Assembly (NCBI GenBank): GCA_947039455.1
Contig: CAMQZB010000002.1
Span: 22,736 to 86,735 of the forward strand
DNA length: 64,000 bases
Source of the DNA: an uncultured Clostridia bacterium
Lineage (GTDB): Bacteria; Bacillota; Clostridia; Christensenellales; CAMQZB01
Direction of reading: 5' to 3'
This document shows, piece by piece, positions 1-8,602 of this stretch. The notes below the pieces were generated by a model. The model made no database searches. It was not told the DNA's origin and was given only the letters and a program-made list of their open reading frames with translations. Position 1 is the first letter of the stretch. Each line of letters opens with the position of its first letter. Made by a program: the position numbers and the translations under genes.

Positions 1-165
1 TCTTACAAAATAGAAACTTATCTTGATGGAAAATTTTCTGATTTATATGGAGAAACTATCATGGTTGAGTTTATGTTTAAAATTCGTGATATAGTAAAAT
101 TTAATTCAAGAGATGAGTTAGCAAGTCAACTTGCTTGCGATATGCTAGAAATAGAAAGGTTGTAA
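1..165 (+). CDS. ribF: 3' end of a riboflavin kinase/FMN adenylyltransferase-like gene (5' part lies outside the window)
   Basis: Frame 1 is open from base 1 to TAA at 163-165. The translation ...GKFSDLYGETIMVEFMFKIRDIVKFNSRDELASQLACDMLEIERL resembles the conserved C-terminus of the riboflavin kinase domain. It is absent from the ORF track because it has no start codon in the window. Confidence 0.6.
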   Translation, partial: SYKIETYLDGKFSDLYGETIMVEFMFKIRDIVKFNSRDELASQLACDMLEIERL

Positions 166-167
166 AA

Positions 168-1037
168 ATGAGTATTGATAAAAATATTAAAATTGGCTAT
201 GCTGGAAGCTGCGAAAGATTTCACGATGAAGGACATAAGTCAACAGTAGAAATGCCAAAATGGGCGAAAGAAAATGGGTTGAATGCCTATGAATATTCTT
301 TCGGAAACGGCATAAGAATGGGGCACGAAACCGCTGAAAAAATACGTATCGAAGCGGAAATTCATGATATATTAATATCAGGTCATGCACCATATTATAT
401 AAATCTTGCAAATCTTGACGACGGTATGCTTGAAAAATCCTATACTTATGTAACATCAACTGCGGAAATGACAAGGTCTATGGGCGGTCATCGAGTGATA
501 TTTCATTCAGGTGCGCAAGGTAAGTTGAAAAGAGGCGATGCTGTTTCAAGAGTTGTGGAGAAATCGAAAATATTAGTTGAGAGAATTCATGAAAGAGGCT
601 ATGAAGATATGACTTTTTGTCCAGAGACTATGGGTAAAATTGGTCAAATTGGAGATACTACTGAAGTGCTTCAAATTTGCAAAACATGGGATCATTTTGT
701 GCCATGTGTAGATTTTGGACACGTGAATTCAAGAACCCACGGCGGACTTAAATCTGTTGGTGATTTTCGTGATATACTTGACGAAATTTTGCAAGAAATT
801 GGTGAGCGTGGACGCAATATGCACATACATTTTTCAAAAATTATGTATGGAAAAGGTGGGGAAGTGAAACATCTGACTTTTGAGGACACAACTTACGGAC
901 CAGAGTTTGAGCCACTAGCTGAAGCCTTGGATTTACTAAATTTTACCCCAACTATCATTTGCGAAAGTGCAGGAACTCAAGCTGACGACGCATTGTACAT
1001 GAAAAAAGTGCTGGAAACATATATTAGTAGAGCGTAG
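168..1037 (+). CDS. AP endonuclease family 2 / endonuclease IV-like TIM-barrel protein
   Basis: Motifs HAPYYINLAN, VIFHSGA, CPETMGK, DFGHVNS and HIHFSKI resemble the metal-binding blocks of the Nfo/xylose-isomerase-like fold. I prefer ATG at 168 (MSIDKN) over the track's TTG at 135, which overlaps the end of the upstream gene. Confidence 0.6.
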   Translation: MSIDKNIKIGYAGSCERFHDEGHKSTVEMPKWAKENGLNAYEYSFGNGIRMGHETAEKIRIEAEIHDILISGHAPYYINLANLDDGMLEKSYTYVTSTAEMTRSMGGHRVIFHSGAQGKLKRGDAVSRVVEKSKILVERIHERGYEDMTFCPETMGKIGQIGDTTEVLQICKTWDHFVPCVDFGHVNSRTHGGLKSVGDFRDILDEILQEIGERGRNMHIHFSKIMYGKGGEVKHLTFEDTTYGPEFEPLAEALDLLNFTPTIICESAGTQADDALYMKKVLETYISRA

Positions 1038-1071
1038 AATAGGATATTTGAATAAATTTGTTTGATTATTC

Positions 1072-1100
1072 TTGAAAAATTATGAAAAATATGATACAAT
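1072..1100 (+). promoter_or_regulatory. sigma-A type promoter for the peptidase-efp unit
   Basis: TTGAAA (1072-1077), 17-nt spacer, then TGaTACAAT with an extended -10 (TACAAT at 1095-1100), about 20 nt upstream of the RBS and ATG at 1122. Confidence 0.55.
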
Positions 1101-1121
1101 ATAAACAATGAGGAGTAAATT

Positions 1122-2183
1122 ATGAATATTTCTAAATTAGTATTTGAAAACGTTGATTCTTACATAGTAACATCTGAGCAAACTAGAAATTATTTTACTG
1201 GTTTCCACAGTACTTTTGGTATCTTGATTATAATCAGAGACAAAAGTTTTTACATAACTGATAATCGTTATGCGGAAGTGTGCAACAGTTTTTTTGAAGG
1301 CACAAGTGTTGAGCCTGTAATCATTGCAAAAGCTGGAGACGGATATGTGAAGGCTCAAGAAATAATTGATTCCAACAATTTAAAGAAAATGGGTTTTGAA
1401 GATACAATGTCAGTGAGAGATTTCACTGAGTTGAAAGAACTTGTGAAAGTGGAGTTGGTTCCTGTTGGAAAATACTTCGAAGCAGTTCGTTCAGTTAAAA
1501 CATCAGAAGAACTTGAAAAAATAGCTAAAATCATGGCAATAAGTTCAGAAGCTTTCCTTAAAACTTTGCAAATAGCACGAGTTGGAATGACTGAAAAAGA
1601 ACTTTGCGCTGAAATTAATTACCAAATATATAAAATGGGTGCAGACTCATTAGCTTTTGAAACTATTATAGCTTCAGGAGCAAACGGTTCAAAATGTCAT
1701 GCAGTTCCATCAGACCGAGTTATCGAAAAGGGTGACTTAGTTACAATGGATTTCGGCGGAAGACTGGACGGATACTGTGCAGATATTACAAGAACTATTG
1801 CATTTGGAAAAATTAGCCAAGAGCAAGAAAAACTTTATAATACAGTACTGGAAGCTCAAGAATTGGGGCTTGCAAATATCAAACCTGGAATGATTTGCGG
1901 AGAGGTTGACGGAATTGTCCGTGAATTCTTTAAATCGAAAGGGCTTGATCAATACTTTGTCCATTCACTTGGTCATGGAGTTGGTGTTGAGGTTCACGAA
2001 GAGCCAAGATTGTCACCAAACTGTGATATAAAACTAGTGGAAAACATGGTAGTTACTATCGAACCAGGGTTATATATGCCTGGAGCTATGGGTGTTAGGA
2101 TTGAAGACACTGTGGCAGTAACTAAGGACGGGTATAGAAATTTTTCAACGTGTAGCAAAGAGTTACATATAATTAAGGCATAA
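1122..2183 (+). CDS. M24B family Xaa-Pro aminopeptidase/dipeptidase
   Basis: C-terminal [15 protein letters not shown] and VTIEPG...RIED metal-ligand motifs. Strong RBS (GAGGAG). Sits immediately upstream of efp, as in many Firmicutes. Confidence 0.85.
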   Translation: MNISKLVFENVDSYIVTSEQTRNYFTGFHSTFGILIIIRDKSFYITDNRYAEVCNSFFEGTSVEPVIIAKAGDGYVKAQEIIDSNNLKKMGFEDTMSVRDFTELKELVKVELVPVGKYFEAVRSVKTSEELEKIAKIMAISSEAFLKTLQIARVGMTEKELCAEINYQIYKMGADSLAFETIIASGANGSKCHAVPSDRVIEKGDLVTMDFGGRLDGYCADITRTIAFGKISQEQEKLYNTVLEAQELGLANIKPGMICGEVDGIVREFFKSKGLDQYFVHSLGHGVGVEVHEEPRLSPNCDIKLVENMVVTIEPGLYMPGAMGVRIEDTVAVTKDGYRNFSTCSKELHIIKA

Positions 2184-2223
2184 AAATACATTAATATATA
2201 AGATTATTATTGGAGGAATTGAT

Positions 2224-2787
2224 ATGGTAGTAGCAGGCGATTTCAGAAAAGGTTCAACATTCGAAATGGATGGCGCAGTTTTCACTGTAGTTGAGTTTCA
2301 ACACGTTAAACCAGGAAAAGGTGCAGCATTTGTTAGAACAAAAATCAGAGACGTAATTAATGGTGGATTGTTGGAGAAAACTTTCAACCCATCAGAAAAA
2401 TATCCAAAAGCATCAATAGAAACTAGAAAATACGAGTATTTATACAATGACGGTGATTTCTATACATTTATGGAAACTGAAACTTATGAGCAAGTTGAGC
2501 TTAACGGTGTAATGGTTGGCGATGCATTGAAGTATATCAAAGAAAACGATTTCGTAACTTTGAAATTCTTTAACGGAGCTCCGTATTCATGTGAGCCAGA
2601 AAATTTCGTAACTATGAAAGTTATCGAAGCTGATCCAGGAGTAGCAGGCAACACAGCATCAAATGTTATGAAAAATGCAACTATTGAATCAGGCACAATT
2701 ATTCAAGTTCCAATGTTCGTAAACGAAGGTGACGTTATCAGAATTGATACAAGAACTGGCGATTACATGGAAAGAGTAAAAGCTTAA
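2224..2787 (+). CDS. efp: translation elongation factor P
   Basis: 187 aa. The N-terminus ...[38 protein letters not shown] is the canonical EF-P KOW/OB signature. RBS is GGAGG. Confidence 0.95.
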   Translation: MVVAGDFRKGSTFEMDGAVFTVVEFQHVKPGKGAAFVRTKIRDVINGGLLEKTFNPSEKYPKASIETRKYEYLYNDGDFYTFMETETYEQVELNGVMVGDALKYIKENDFVTLKFFNGAPYSCEPENFVTMKVIEADPGVAGNTASNVMKNATIESGTIIQVPMFVNEGDVIRIDTRTGDYMERVKA

Positions 2788-2810
2788 TTCATTAATTTAT
2801 TGAAATTTAA

Positions 2811-2843
2811 AGAGATATGTAATTTATTACATGTCTCTTTTTT
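2811..2843 (+). terminator. rho-independent terminator after efp
   Basis: AGAGATATGTAA / TTACATGTCTCT stem (one G-T pair) followed by a T-run at 2838-2843. Confidence 0.8.
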
Positions 2844-2906
2844 GATTGTTAATTTTTCATTTTCGTGCTATGATAGTAAATGTTAAAGAAAACTAAGGAG
2901 AAAACC

Positions 2907-3578
2907 GTGAATATAAACAGAATTTTAGTAGTAGACGATGATGAAAATATAGGAAATTTAATTGAAGAAATATTAGTGAGAGAAGGGTATTTAGTGACGC
3001 GAGCCTATTCGGGAAGTGAAGCATTGCTAATGGTTGAGAAAGAAAAACCTAACTTAATAATATTGGATTTAATGTTGCCAGGAGTAACGGGTGAGAGGGT
3101 AATGGAGAAAATCGTTAATATCCCTGTTATAGTTTTAAGTGCAAAAATCTCAGTTGAAGATAAAGTGAATTTATTGTCTTTAGGGGCAAATGATTACATG
3201 ACAAAACCTTTTGAAATCAAAGAACTTCTTGCAAGAGTAGCAGTGCAATTACGAATAAAACCAACAAAAATGGAACAAAACAACCTATATTTTCAAGATA
3301 TTTCTATTGATTGTGAAGGTAAAATAGTGAAGGTTAAAGAATCGGAAATTCATCTTACGAAAACTGAATTTTCTATACTTGAAATACTTATGAGAAACAG
3401 TAAAATCGTAGTTACAAAATCAAAATTACTTGATTTATTAAGTCTTGAAAATATAGAAATATACGATAATTCTTTAAAAGTTCATATCAGTCACTTGAGA
3501 ACTAAATTAAAAGAAAAGTCAAATCATGATTATATTGAAGCTGTTTGGGGCGTAGGATTTAAATTAAACAATAAATAA
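2907..3578 (+). CDS. OmpR-family two-component response regulator
   Basis: Receiver domain (ILVVDDDENI...LDLMLPG...SAK) plus a winged-helix C-terminus (LTKTEFSILE...HISHLRTKL...VWGVGFKL). GTG at 2907 lies 6 nt after AAGGAG, so I prefer it over the track ATG at 2880. Confidence 0.85.
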   Translation: MNINRILVVDDDENIGNLIEEILVREGYLVTRAYSGSEALLMVEKEKPNLIILDLMLPGVTGERVMEKIVNIPVIVLSAKISVEDKVNLLSLGANDYMTKPFEIKELLARVAVQLRIKPTKMEQNNLYFQDISIDCEGKIVKVKESEIHLTKTEFSILEILMRNSKIVVTKSKLLDLLSLENIEIYDNSLKVHISHLRTKLKEKSNHDYIEAVWGVGFKLNNK

Positions 3579-3663
3579 ATTAACCTTTTCTTTACTAATT
3601 TATTAACTGGTTTTTTAATGGTTTTTAACTATTATATAAGCATAACAAATACGGAGGAATAAA

Positions 3664-4572
3664 ATGGAATATGTTTTAGAAACAAAAAGTCTAACGAAAA
3701 AATACCGTAATTTTTACGCTTTGAAAAATCTTAATATGAGAGTTGAAAAGGGTGCTATTTATGGATTTGTTGGAAGAAATGGAGCGGGAAAAACTACCCT
3801 TATAAGAGTACTTTGCGGATTGCAAGATACTAATTTAGGTGAATATGCCCTGTTTGGAAAATGGGGTAAAGAGAAACAAGCTGAACGAGAGAAAATGAGC
3901 GGAGTAGTTGAAACCCCTTCGATTTATCTTGGAATGACAGCTGAAGATAATATCAAAATACAATATAAAACACTTGGAATACCAAGTTTTGATGGTATTG
4001 ATGAAATACTTAAAACGGTTGGATTGTCTAATACTGGAAAGAAAAAAGCAAAGAATTTTTCACTTGGAATGAAACAAAGATTAGGCATCGCAATAGCGTT
4101 AGTTGGAAATCCTGACTTGCTTTTACTAGACGAGCCAATCAATGGACTAGACCCACAAGGAATTGTTGAAATACGTGAATTGATATTGAAATTAAACAAA
4201 GAAAGAGGAATTACTATTTTAATTTCAAGTCATATCTTAGGTGAATTATCAAAGATTGCAACACATTATGGTTTCATAAACAAAGGCTCAATGGTAGCGG
4301 AAATGAGTGCAAAACAGTTATTCGAAAAATGCAGGAAATGTACGAAATTAGAAGTAACTGATATAAAAAGCCTTTCGGTAGTTCTTGAGAAAGATAATTT
4401 TGAATATAAAGTAATTACAGATACCCAAGCGGAGATTTATGGTGATGTTATGGTAACTGACCTTGCTATTAAACTGCAAAAATTAGGCTGTAACATAGTC
4501 AAAATTACGGAAAATGACGAAGATTTAGAGAGCTTCTACATTAACTTAGTAGGGGGTGGCGAAAATGAATAA
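3664..4572 (+). CDS. ABC transporter ATP-binding protein (ABC-2/lantibiotic-immunity-like subtype)
   Basis: Walker A GRNGAGKTT, signature FSLGMKQRL, Walker B LLLLDEP, H-loop SSH. Confidence 0.9.
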   Translation: MEYVLETKSLTKKYRNFYALKNLNMRVEKGAIYGFVGRNGAGKTTLIRVLCGLQDTNLGEYALFGKWGKEKQAEREKMSGVVETPSIYLGMTAEDNIKIQYKTLGIPSFDGIDEILKTVGLSNTGKKKAKNFSLGMKQRLGIAIALVGNPDLLLLDEPINGLDPQGIVEIRELILKLNKERGITILISSHILGELSKIATHYGFINKGSMVAEMSAKQLFEKCRKCTKLEVTDIKSLSVVLEKDNFEYKVITDTQAEIYGDVMVTDLAIKLQKLGCNIVKITENDEDLESFYINLVGGGENE

Positions 4573-5428
4573 ATTATTATCTGCAAATTTATATAGGTTA
4601 AAGAAAAACAAGACGTTTTATGCAGGATTTGCAATATATTTCGTGTATTTTTTATATATAACTACTGAATTTATCACTGCTGAAAAAGGCGGATTTCCAC
4701 GAGATATTGGAGATTTATTATATATAGCATTCACGCCAACACAATATATAATGTTTTTCCCACTGGTCGTAGGTGTAATTTGTTCGCTGTTTATTACCGA
4801 AGATTTTCAAAGTGGAGCGGTGCGAAACAAGGTAATTGTTGGAAGAACAAAAACCCAAATATATCTAAGCAATTTTATTACAACTATGTTTATTTGCATG
4901 TTTTATTACACAATTTATCTAATATTATCATTCACAATAGGGGGATTGTTGCTAGGGTATGGAACTGAAGGCGAAACGATAGATTTTGCAAAAACAATAA
5001 TAGTATCCTATGGAATTGTGATATCATATTCAGCAGTAATTGCGTTTATATCAATGATAATCAAAAACAGCACATTCAGCGTTATAGCAACGGTCGTGAT
5101 ATTTGTATTGACTGCAGGAGTAGCAATTAATTTAATATACAAATTAGATTTACCAGATACCTATATTGCAAGCATATGGGGAAATGGTGCATTAGTTGAA
5201 AAAGAGGTAGAGAATTTTATGCAGTTGTCACCAAAAATGAATGAATTAGCAAGATTCTTCACTAAATTAATGCCATCAGGACAAGTGAATTATCTACTTT
5301 CTACAAACTATCCACTTTCTGAAACAGTAAATGGAGTAAGCTGGATAATGCTGCTATACTCAGGACTTGTTGTAACCGTTACGAACTTAGTGGGGTTATT
5401 TATATTTAAAAAGACAGATATAAAGTAG
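4565..5428 (+). CDS. ABC-2 type transporter permease
   Basis: About 6 hydrophobic spans. The N-terminus MNKLLSANLYRLKKNK is typical of ABC-2 permeases. ATG at 4565 overlaps the ATPase stop (ATGA) and follows GGGGGTGG. Confidence 0.75.
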   Translation: MNKLLSANLYRLKKNKTFYAGFAIYFVYFLYITTEFITAEKGGFPRDIGDLLYIAFTPTQYIMFFPLVVGVICSLFITEDFQSGAVRNKVIVGRTKTQIYLSNFITTMFICMFYYTIYLILSFTIGGLLLGYGTEGETIDFAKTIIVSYGIVISYSAVIAFISMIIKNSTFSVIATVVIFVLTAGVAINLIYKLDLPDTYIASIWGNGALVEKEVENFMQLSPKMNELARFFTKLMPSGQVNYLLSTNYPLSETVNGVSWIMLLYSGLVVTVTNLVGLFIFKKTDIK

Positions 5429-5454
5429 TAAATTAAATCGAAAAGGAGAGTTTT

Positions 5455-6336
5455 ATGGAGTGGTTAAAAGTAGTTGTTTTGGTTCTTTCAGTATTATTAG
5501 TAGCGGTTGTGGTGAAATTAATTCTACTGAAAAAAGCTATAAAGGATCTTGACAAATTAATAGTAAAACGTGTTGAAAACAAAGAAAATCAATCACTCTA
5601 TACAAATTCTAGCGACAAAGATTTAAAAAAACTTGCAGTAACATTGAATAGCGAATTAGTAGAATTGCAAAATGAACGGTTAAAATATCAAAGCGGTGAT
5701 AGCGCGTTAATGACTGGGATTACTAATATAACTCACGACTTGCGAACGCCACTTACAGCTATGAAAGGCTATCTAGAACTAATTGAATTAGAAGAAAAAT
5801 CCGAGAAATTAGCGGAGTATTTAACCATAATAAAAACTAGATGCAACAAGATGGAAGAACTTACAGCGGAACTGTTTAAGTTCACTTTGCTAGAGAGCGT
5901 GTCGGAAGAAATTTGCTTTGAAAATATTAATGTTAATAGTGTATTAGAAGAAAGCCTAGCGGAATTATATGGTGCATTTATAGAAAAGAATATCACTCCA
6001 AAAGTGAATATTACTGATACGAAAATACAAAAAATATTAGGCAAAAAACAGCTTTCTACAGTGTTCACCAACATAATTTCAAATGCAGTTAAATACAGTG
6101 ATGGCGACTTTTTTGTAGAGCTAAATACTGATGGTAAAATCACATTTACAAACACTGCAAAAGATCTAGACGAAGTATCGGTAGGAAAACTCTTTGACAG
6201 GTTTTTTACCGTAAACTCAGCCCACAACTCAAGCGGTCTAGGGCTATCAATAGCAAAAACTCTAATTCTCCAAATGAACGGAACCATCGATGCAACATAC
6301 TACAAAGATAAATTAATAATTACAATAATATTTTAG
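5455..6336 (+). CDS. sensor histidine kinase (short, single N-terminal TM, intramembrane-sensing type)
   Basis: H-box ITHDLRTPLTAMKGY, N-box ISNAVKYS, G-box SSGLGLSIAK. There is only one N-terminal TM segment before the DHp domain. Confidence 0.9.
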   Translation: MEWLKVVVLVLSVLLVAVVVKLILLKKAIKDLDKLIVKRVENKENQSLYTNSSDKDLKKLAVTLNSELVELQNERLKYQSGDSALMTGITNITHDLRTPLTAMKGYLELIELEEKSEKLAEYLTIIKTRCNKMEELTAELFKFTLLESVSEEICFENINVNSVLEESLAELYGAFIEKNITPKVNITDTKIQKILGKKQLSTVFTNIISNAVKYSDGDFFVELNTDGKITFTNTAKDLDEVSVGKLFDRFFTVNSAHNSSGLGLSIAKTLILQMNGTIDATYYKDKLIITIIF

Positions 6337-6348
6337 TTAAACAAATCC

Positions 6349-6380
6349 AAAAGGCTATACCAATCGGTATAGCCTTTTTT
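6349..6380 (+). terminator. rho-independent terminator after the histidine kinase
   Basis: GGCTATACC (6353-6361), loop AATC, GGTATAGCC (6366-6374), then TTTTTT (6375-6380). Confidence 0.9.
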
Positions 6381-6391
6381 ATATATGTAAA

Positions 6392-6447
6392 CCCAAAACC
6401 CAAAACCCAAAACCCAAAACCCAAAACCCAAAACCCAAAACCCAAAA
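6392..6447. repeat. perfect heptanucleotide microsatellite (CCCAAAA)x8, i.e. (TTTTGGG)x8 on the - strand
   Basis: Counted directly: 56 bp made of eight uninterrupted CCCAAAA units. Confidence 0.98.
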
Positions 6448-6457
6448 TTGAAATTTT

Positions 6458-6679
6458 AAAATCCAAATAAAAACCTCACCATAAGTAAACCCTACGGGGT
6501 CTTGGGGTATCACCCCAAGTGGTTGGGGTCTGGGGAATCCCAAATTCCCAGTGGTTTTGCAACTTTTGCCACCCAAAAGTTGACCGCGTGAGAAACATAA
6601 AAACCAAGCTGCCAAACATACATCATAATAGCTATTAAAGACCCCAAAATTAAAACCACTACAAAAATCCAAATAAAAA
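6458..6679. repeat. 16-bp perfect direct repeat AAAATCCAAATAAAAA (6458-6473 and 6664-6679) bracketing a GC-rich hairpin core
   Basis: Both copies were read directly. Each is preceded by CCCAAAATT(G/A)AAA (6441 and 6642), which gives roughly 40-bp imperfect direct repeats. Confidence 0.9.
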
Positions 6680-6752
6680 ATCATTACATAAAAACAAAAC
6701 TCAAAACCAAAATAAAGTTCTAATTTGTCCAAGTTGTCAATATACTTTAAGT

Positions 6753-7586
6753 ATGATTAAAAGTTTATTGGAAAACTCAATAGGGATAGAGATTGACACA
6801 AAAAATCTCACGGAAGTAAGAGTGCGAAAAGGTCTACCTATCGTTCTATCTTACGGTGTTATTATGAAAACTCTCAATTCTCATAATAAAGAAATTTTAG
6901 GAACAAGCGAAATAATCTCATCAATAATTGCTACTGTTACGGAAAATTCTTTCTACGCATTTGAGGATAAATTTGCAAGAGGATTTGTAGATTATCAAGG
7001 AGCAAAAATAGCAATTTGCGGTGAAGGAGTATATAAAAATAAACAGCTAATCTCATTTAAAAACATCACATCGCTAGCAATAAGAATACCAAGAGCAGTA
7101 TTAGGAATTGCTGATAAAATAGTAAAAGCAACAGAGAACGGTGAGTTATCTTGCCTAATAATAGGAAAAACTGCCACAGGAAAAACTACAATATTGCGTG
7201 ATTTTGCACACTCTATTAAAGGCAAAAACATAGTAGTAATTGACGAACGTGGGGAGATATATTTAGGTCAAAAAAGTTTGGGTGAATATGCTGATATATT
7301 GGAGAGCGTAGATAAAGAAACTGGGATTATGCTTGCAATTCGTGGTCTTAATCCAGACATAATTATATGCGATGAGCTATATACATATAATGAGATGAAA
7401 GAAATGTACCGTTGTAAACTAGCAGGGATCAGCGTGATTTCTACTTATCATGGTGACAACATTCAGTCAATATTAAACAGCAAAATTTTTGTTGAAGGGG
7501 TGTTTGATAGGTTTGTTGTGCTAGAAAAAACTAGAGGACGAGGTGATGTTTTTGCAATCTATGATAATAAGGGGGAGCGAATATGA
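6753..7586 (+). CDS. spoIIIAA: stage III sporulation protein AA (AAA-type ATPase)
   Basis: Walker A GKTATGKTT and Walker B IIICDE. It is the first of eight co-oriented genes with the sizes and order of spoIIIAA-AH. There is no obvious SD sequence before the ATG. Confidence 0.85.
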   Translation: MIKSLLENSIGIEIDTKNLTEVRVRKGLPIVLSYGVIMKTLNSHNKEILGTSEIISSIIATVTENSFYAFEDKFARGFVDYQGAKIAICGEGVYKNKQLISFKNITSLAIRIPRAVLGIADKIVKATENGELSCLIIGKTATGKTTILRDFAHSIKGKNIVVIDERGEIYLGQKSLGEYADILESVDKETGIMLAIRGLNPDIIICDELYTYNEMKEMYRCKLAGISVISTYHGDNIQSILNSKIFVEGVFDRFVVLEKTRGRGDVFAIYDNKGERI

Positions 7587-8026
7587 GATATACCCTTGCA
7601 ATATTAATTGTGTTAGTCACAACATATATGTCAAAAATATTTAGTCAAAAGTACGTTTTAAGAGCAAAGTTTTTCTTTAATTTACAAGGTTTTCTTACTG
7701 AATTAAAGCGAAATATACGTGTAATCAAAGACCCAATATCAAAACTAGCCTTGGCGGAAGATTCGATACCATACAGAATATTTCAATCACCAAATAGCAT
7801 ATATGAGATAGAATATTTAAAAGAAAACGAGAAGGAAGTACTGTTTCAATTTTTTTCTAATTTAGGACGATATGATAGTTATATGGAAGAGGGACGCATA
7901 ACGGACATGGAGGAATATTGCAGTAAGCTTCTTGAAGTAGCAGAGAGAGAAAAAACGCAAAAAATACCGCTTTATGTAAAGTTAGGTTTAGCAATGGGGG
8001 TTAGCGTAGTGCTAATATTGATGTGA
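7583..8026 (+). CDS. spoIIIAB: stage III sporulation protein AB
   Basis: 147 aa with N- and C-terminal TM segments. Position, size and ATGA overlap with spoIIIAA all fit. Confidence 0.75.
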   Translation: MRYTLAILIVLVTTYMSKIFSQKYVLRAKFFFNLQGFLTELKRNIRVIKDPISKLALAEDSIPYRIFQSPNSIYEIEYLKENEKEVLFQFFSNLGRYDSYMEEGRITDMEEYCSKLLEVAEREKTQKIPLYVKLGLAMGVSVVLILM

Positions 8027-8027
8027 T

Positions 8028-8222
8028 ATGGAAATTGATATAATATTTAAAATTGCAGCAATAGGAATTATTGTGGCAGTGCTAGTGAGTGTGTTAAAGC
8101 GAGCGGACAGGGACGATATAGGCAATCTAGTGTCGCTAGCAGGAGTAGTAATCGTGTTGCTAATGGTAGTAGATTTGATAGTCCAATTATTTGAAACCAT
8201 AAAAGCACTATTGATGTTATGA
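8028..8222 (+). CDS. spoIIIAC: stage III sporulation protein AC
   Basis: 64-aa two-TM protein (IFKIAAIGIIVAVLVSVLK...). Position matches the operon order. Confidence 0.8.
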   Translation: MEIDIIFKIAAIGIIVAVLVSVLKRADRDDIGNLVSLAGVVIVLLMVVDLIVQLFETIKALLML

Positions 8223-8602
8223 CGCTGTTTCAATTCATAGCGCTAGCCACGGCGATGTCGTTGCTGGTGCTAGTGATGAAATCCTTTTCTAAGGAATACG
8301 CAGTGTATACGTTGATTGCGGTGAGCATAGTTTTGCTTTTGGCAATAGTAGATTTAACCTTTGGAGTGGTTGAGGAAATCAAGTCAGTATTTGCAATGAC
8401 GGAAATTCCTACTGGACTTTTCACTTCATGTATCAAGGTAATCGGCTTAGCGTATTTAACAGAGTTTTCAGCAAGTATAACAACAGATGCAGGAGAAAAA
8501 TCCATCGGTGATAAGGTGCGATTATTTGGGAAAATGTCGATATTTCTCATGACTCTTCCAATGTTAAAAGAATTTATAAAGATGATAACGGTGCTATTAT
8601 GA
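8219..8602 (+). CDS. spoIIIAD: stage III sporulation protein AD
   Basis: 127-aa polytopic membrane protein. Translationally coupled (ATGA). Position matches the operon order. Confidence 0.8.
   Translation: MTLFQFIALATAMSLLVLVMKSFSKEYAVYTLIAVSIVLLLAIVDLTFGVVEEIKSVFAMTEIPTGLFTSCIKVIGLAYLTEFSASITTDAGEKSIGDKVRLFGKMSIFLMTLPMLKEFIKMITVLL

Noticed and set aside
135-167. TTG-initiated N-terminal extension of the first full ORF
   Set aside because: It overlaps the 3' end of the upstream ribF-like frame. ATG at 168 is the more conventional start.
5769-6287. Long antisense ORFs of 170-190 aa opposite the histidine kinase gene (5769-6287), recN (20044-20622), uvrC (46525-47088) and tpiA (53437-53964)
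   Set aside because: All lie opposite genes with unambiguous motifs. All are Ser/Ile/Phe-rich, as expected from antisense translation of AT-rich codons. None has an RBS.
6392-6447. Possible CRISPR array
   Set aside because: The units are 7 bp, perfectly contiguous and have no spacers. No cas genes are nearby. This is a microsatellite, not a CRISPR array.
6379-6732. 117-aa ORF on the - strand with a GFGFWVLGFGFWVL repeat
   Set aside because: The repeat is just the translation of the (TTTTGGG)n microsatellite. There is no RBS, the region is full of hairpins, and the composition is non-coding. I treat it as an artefact.
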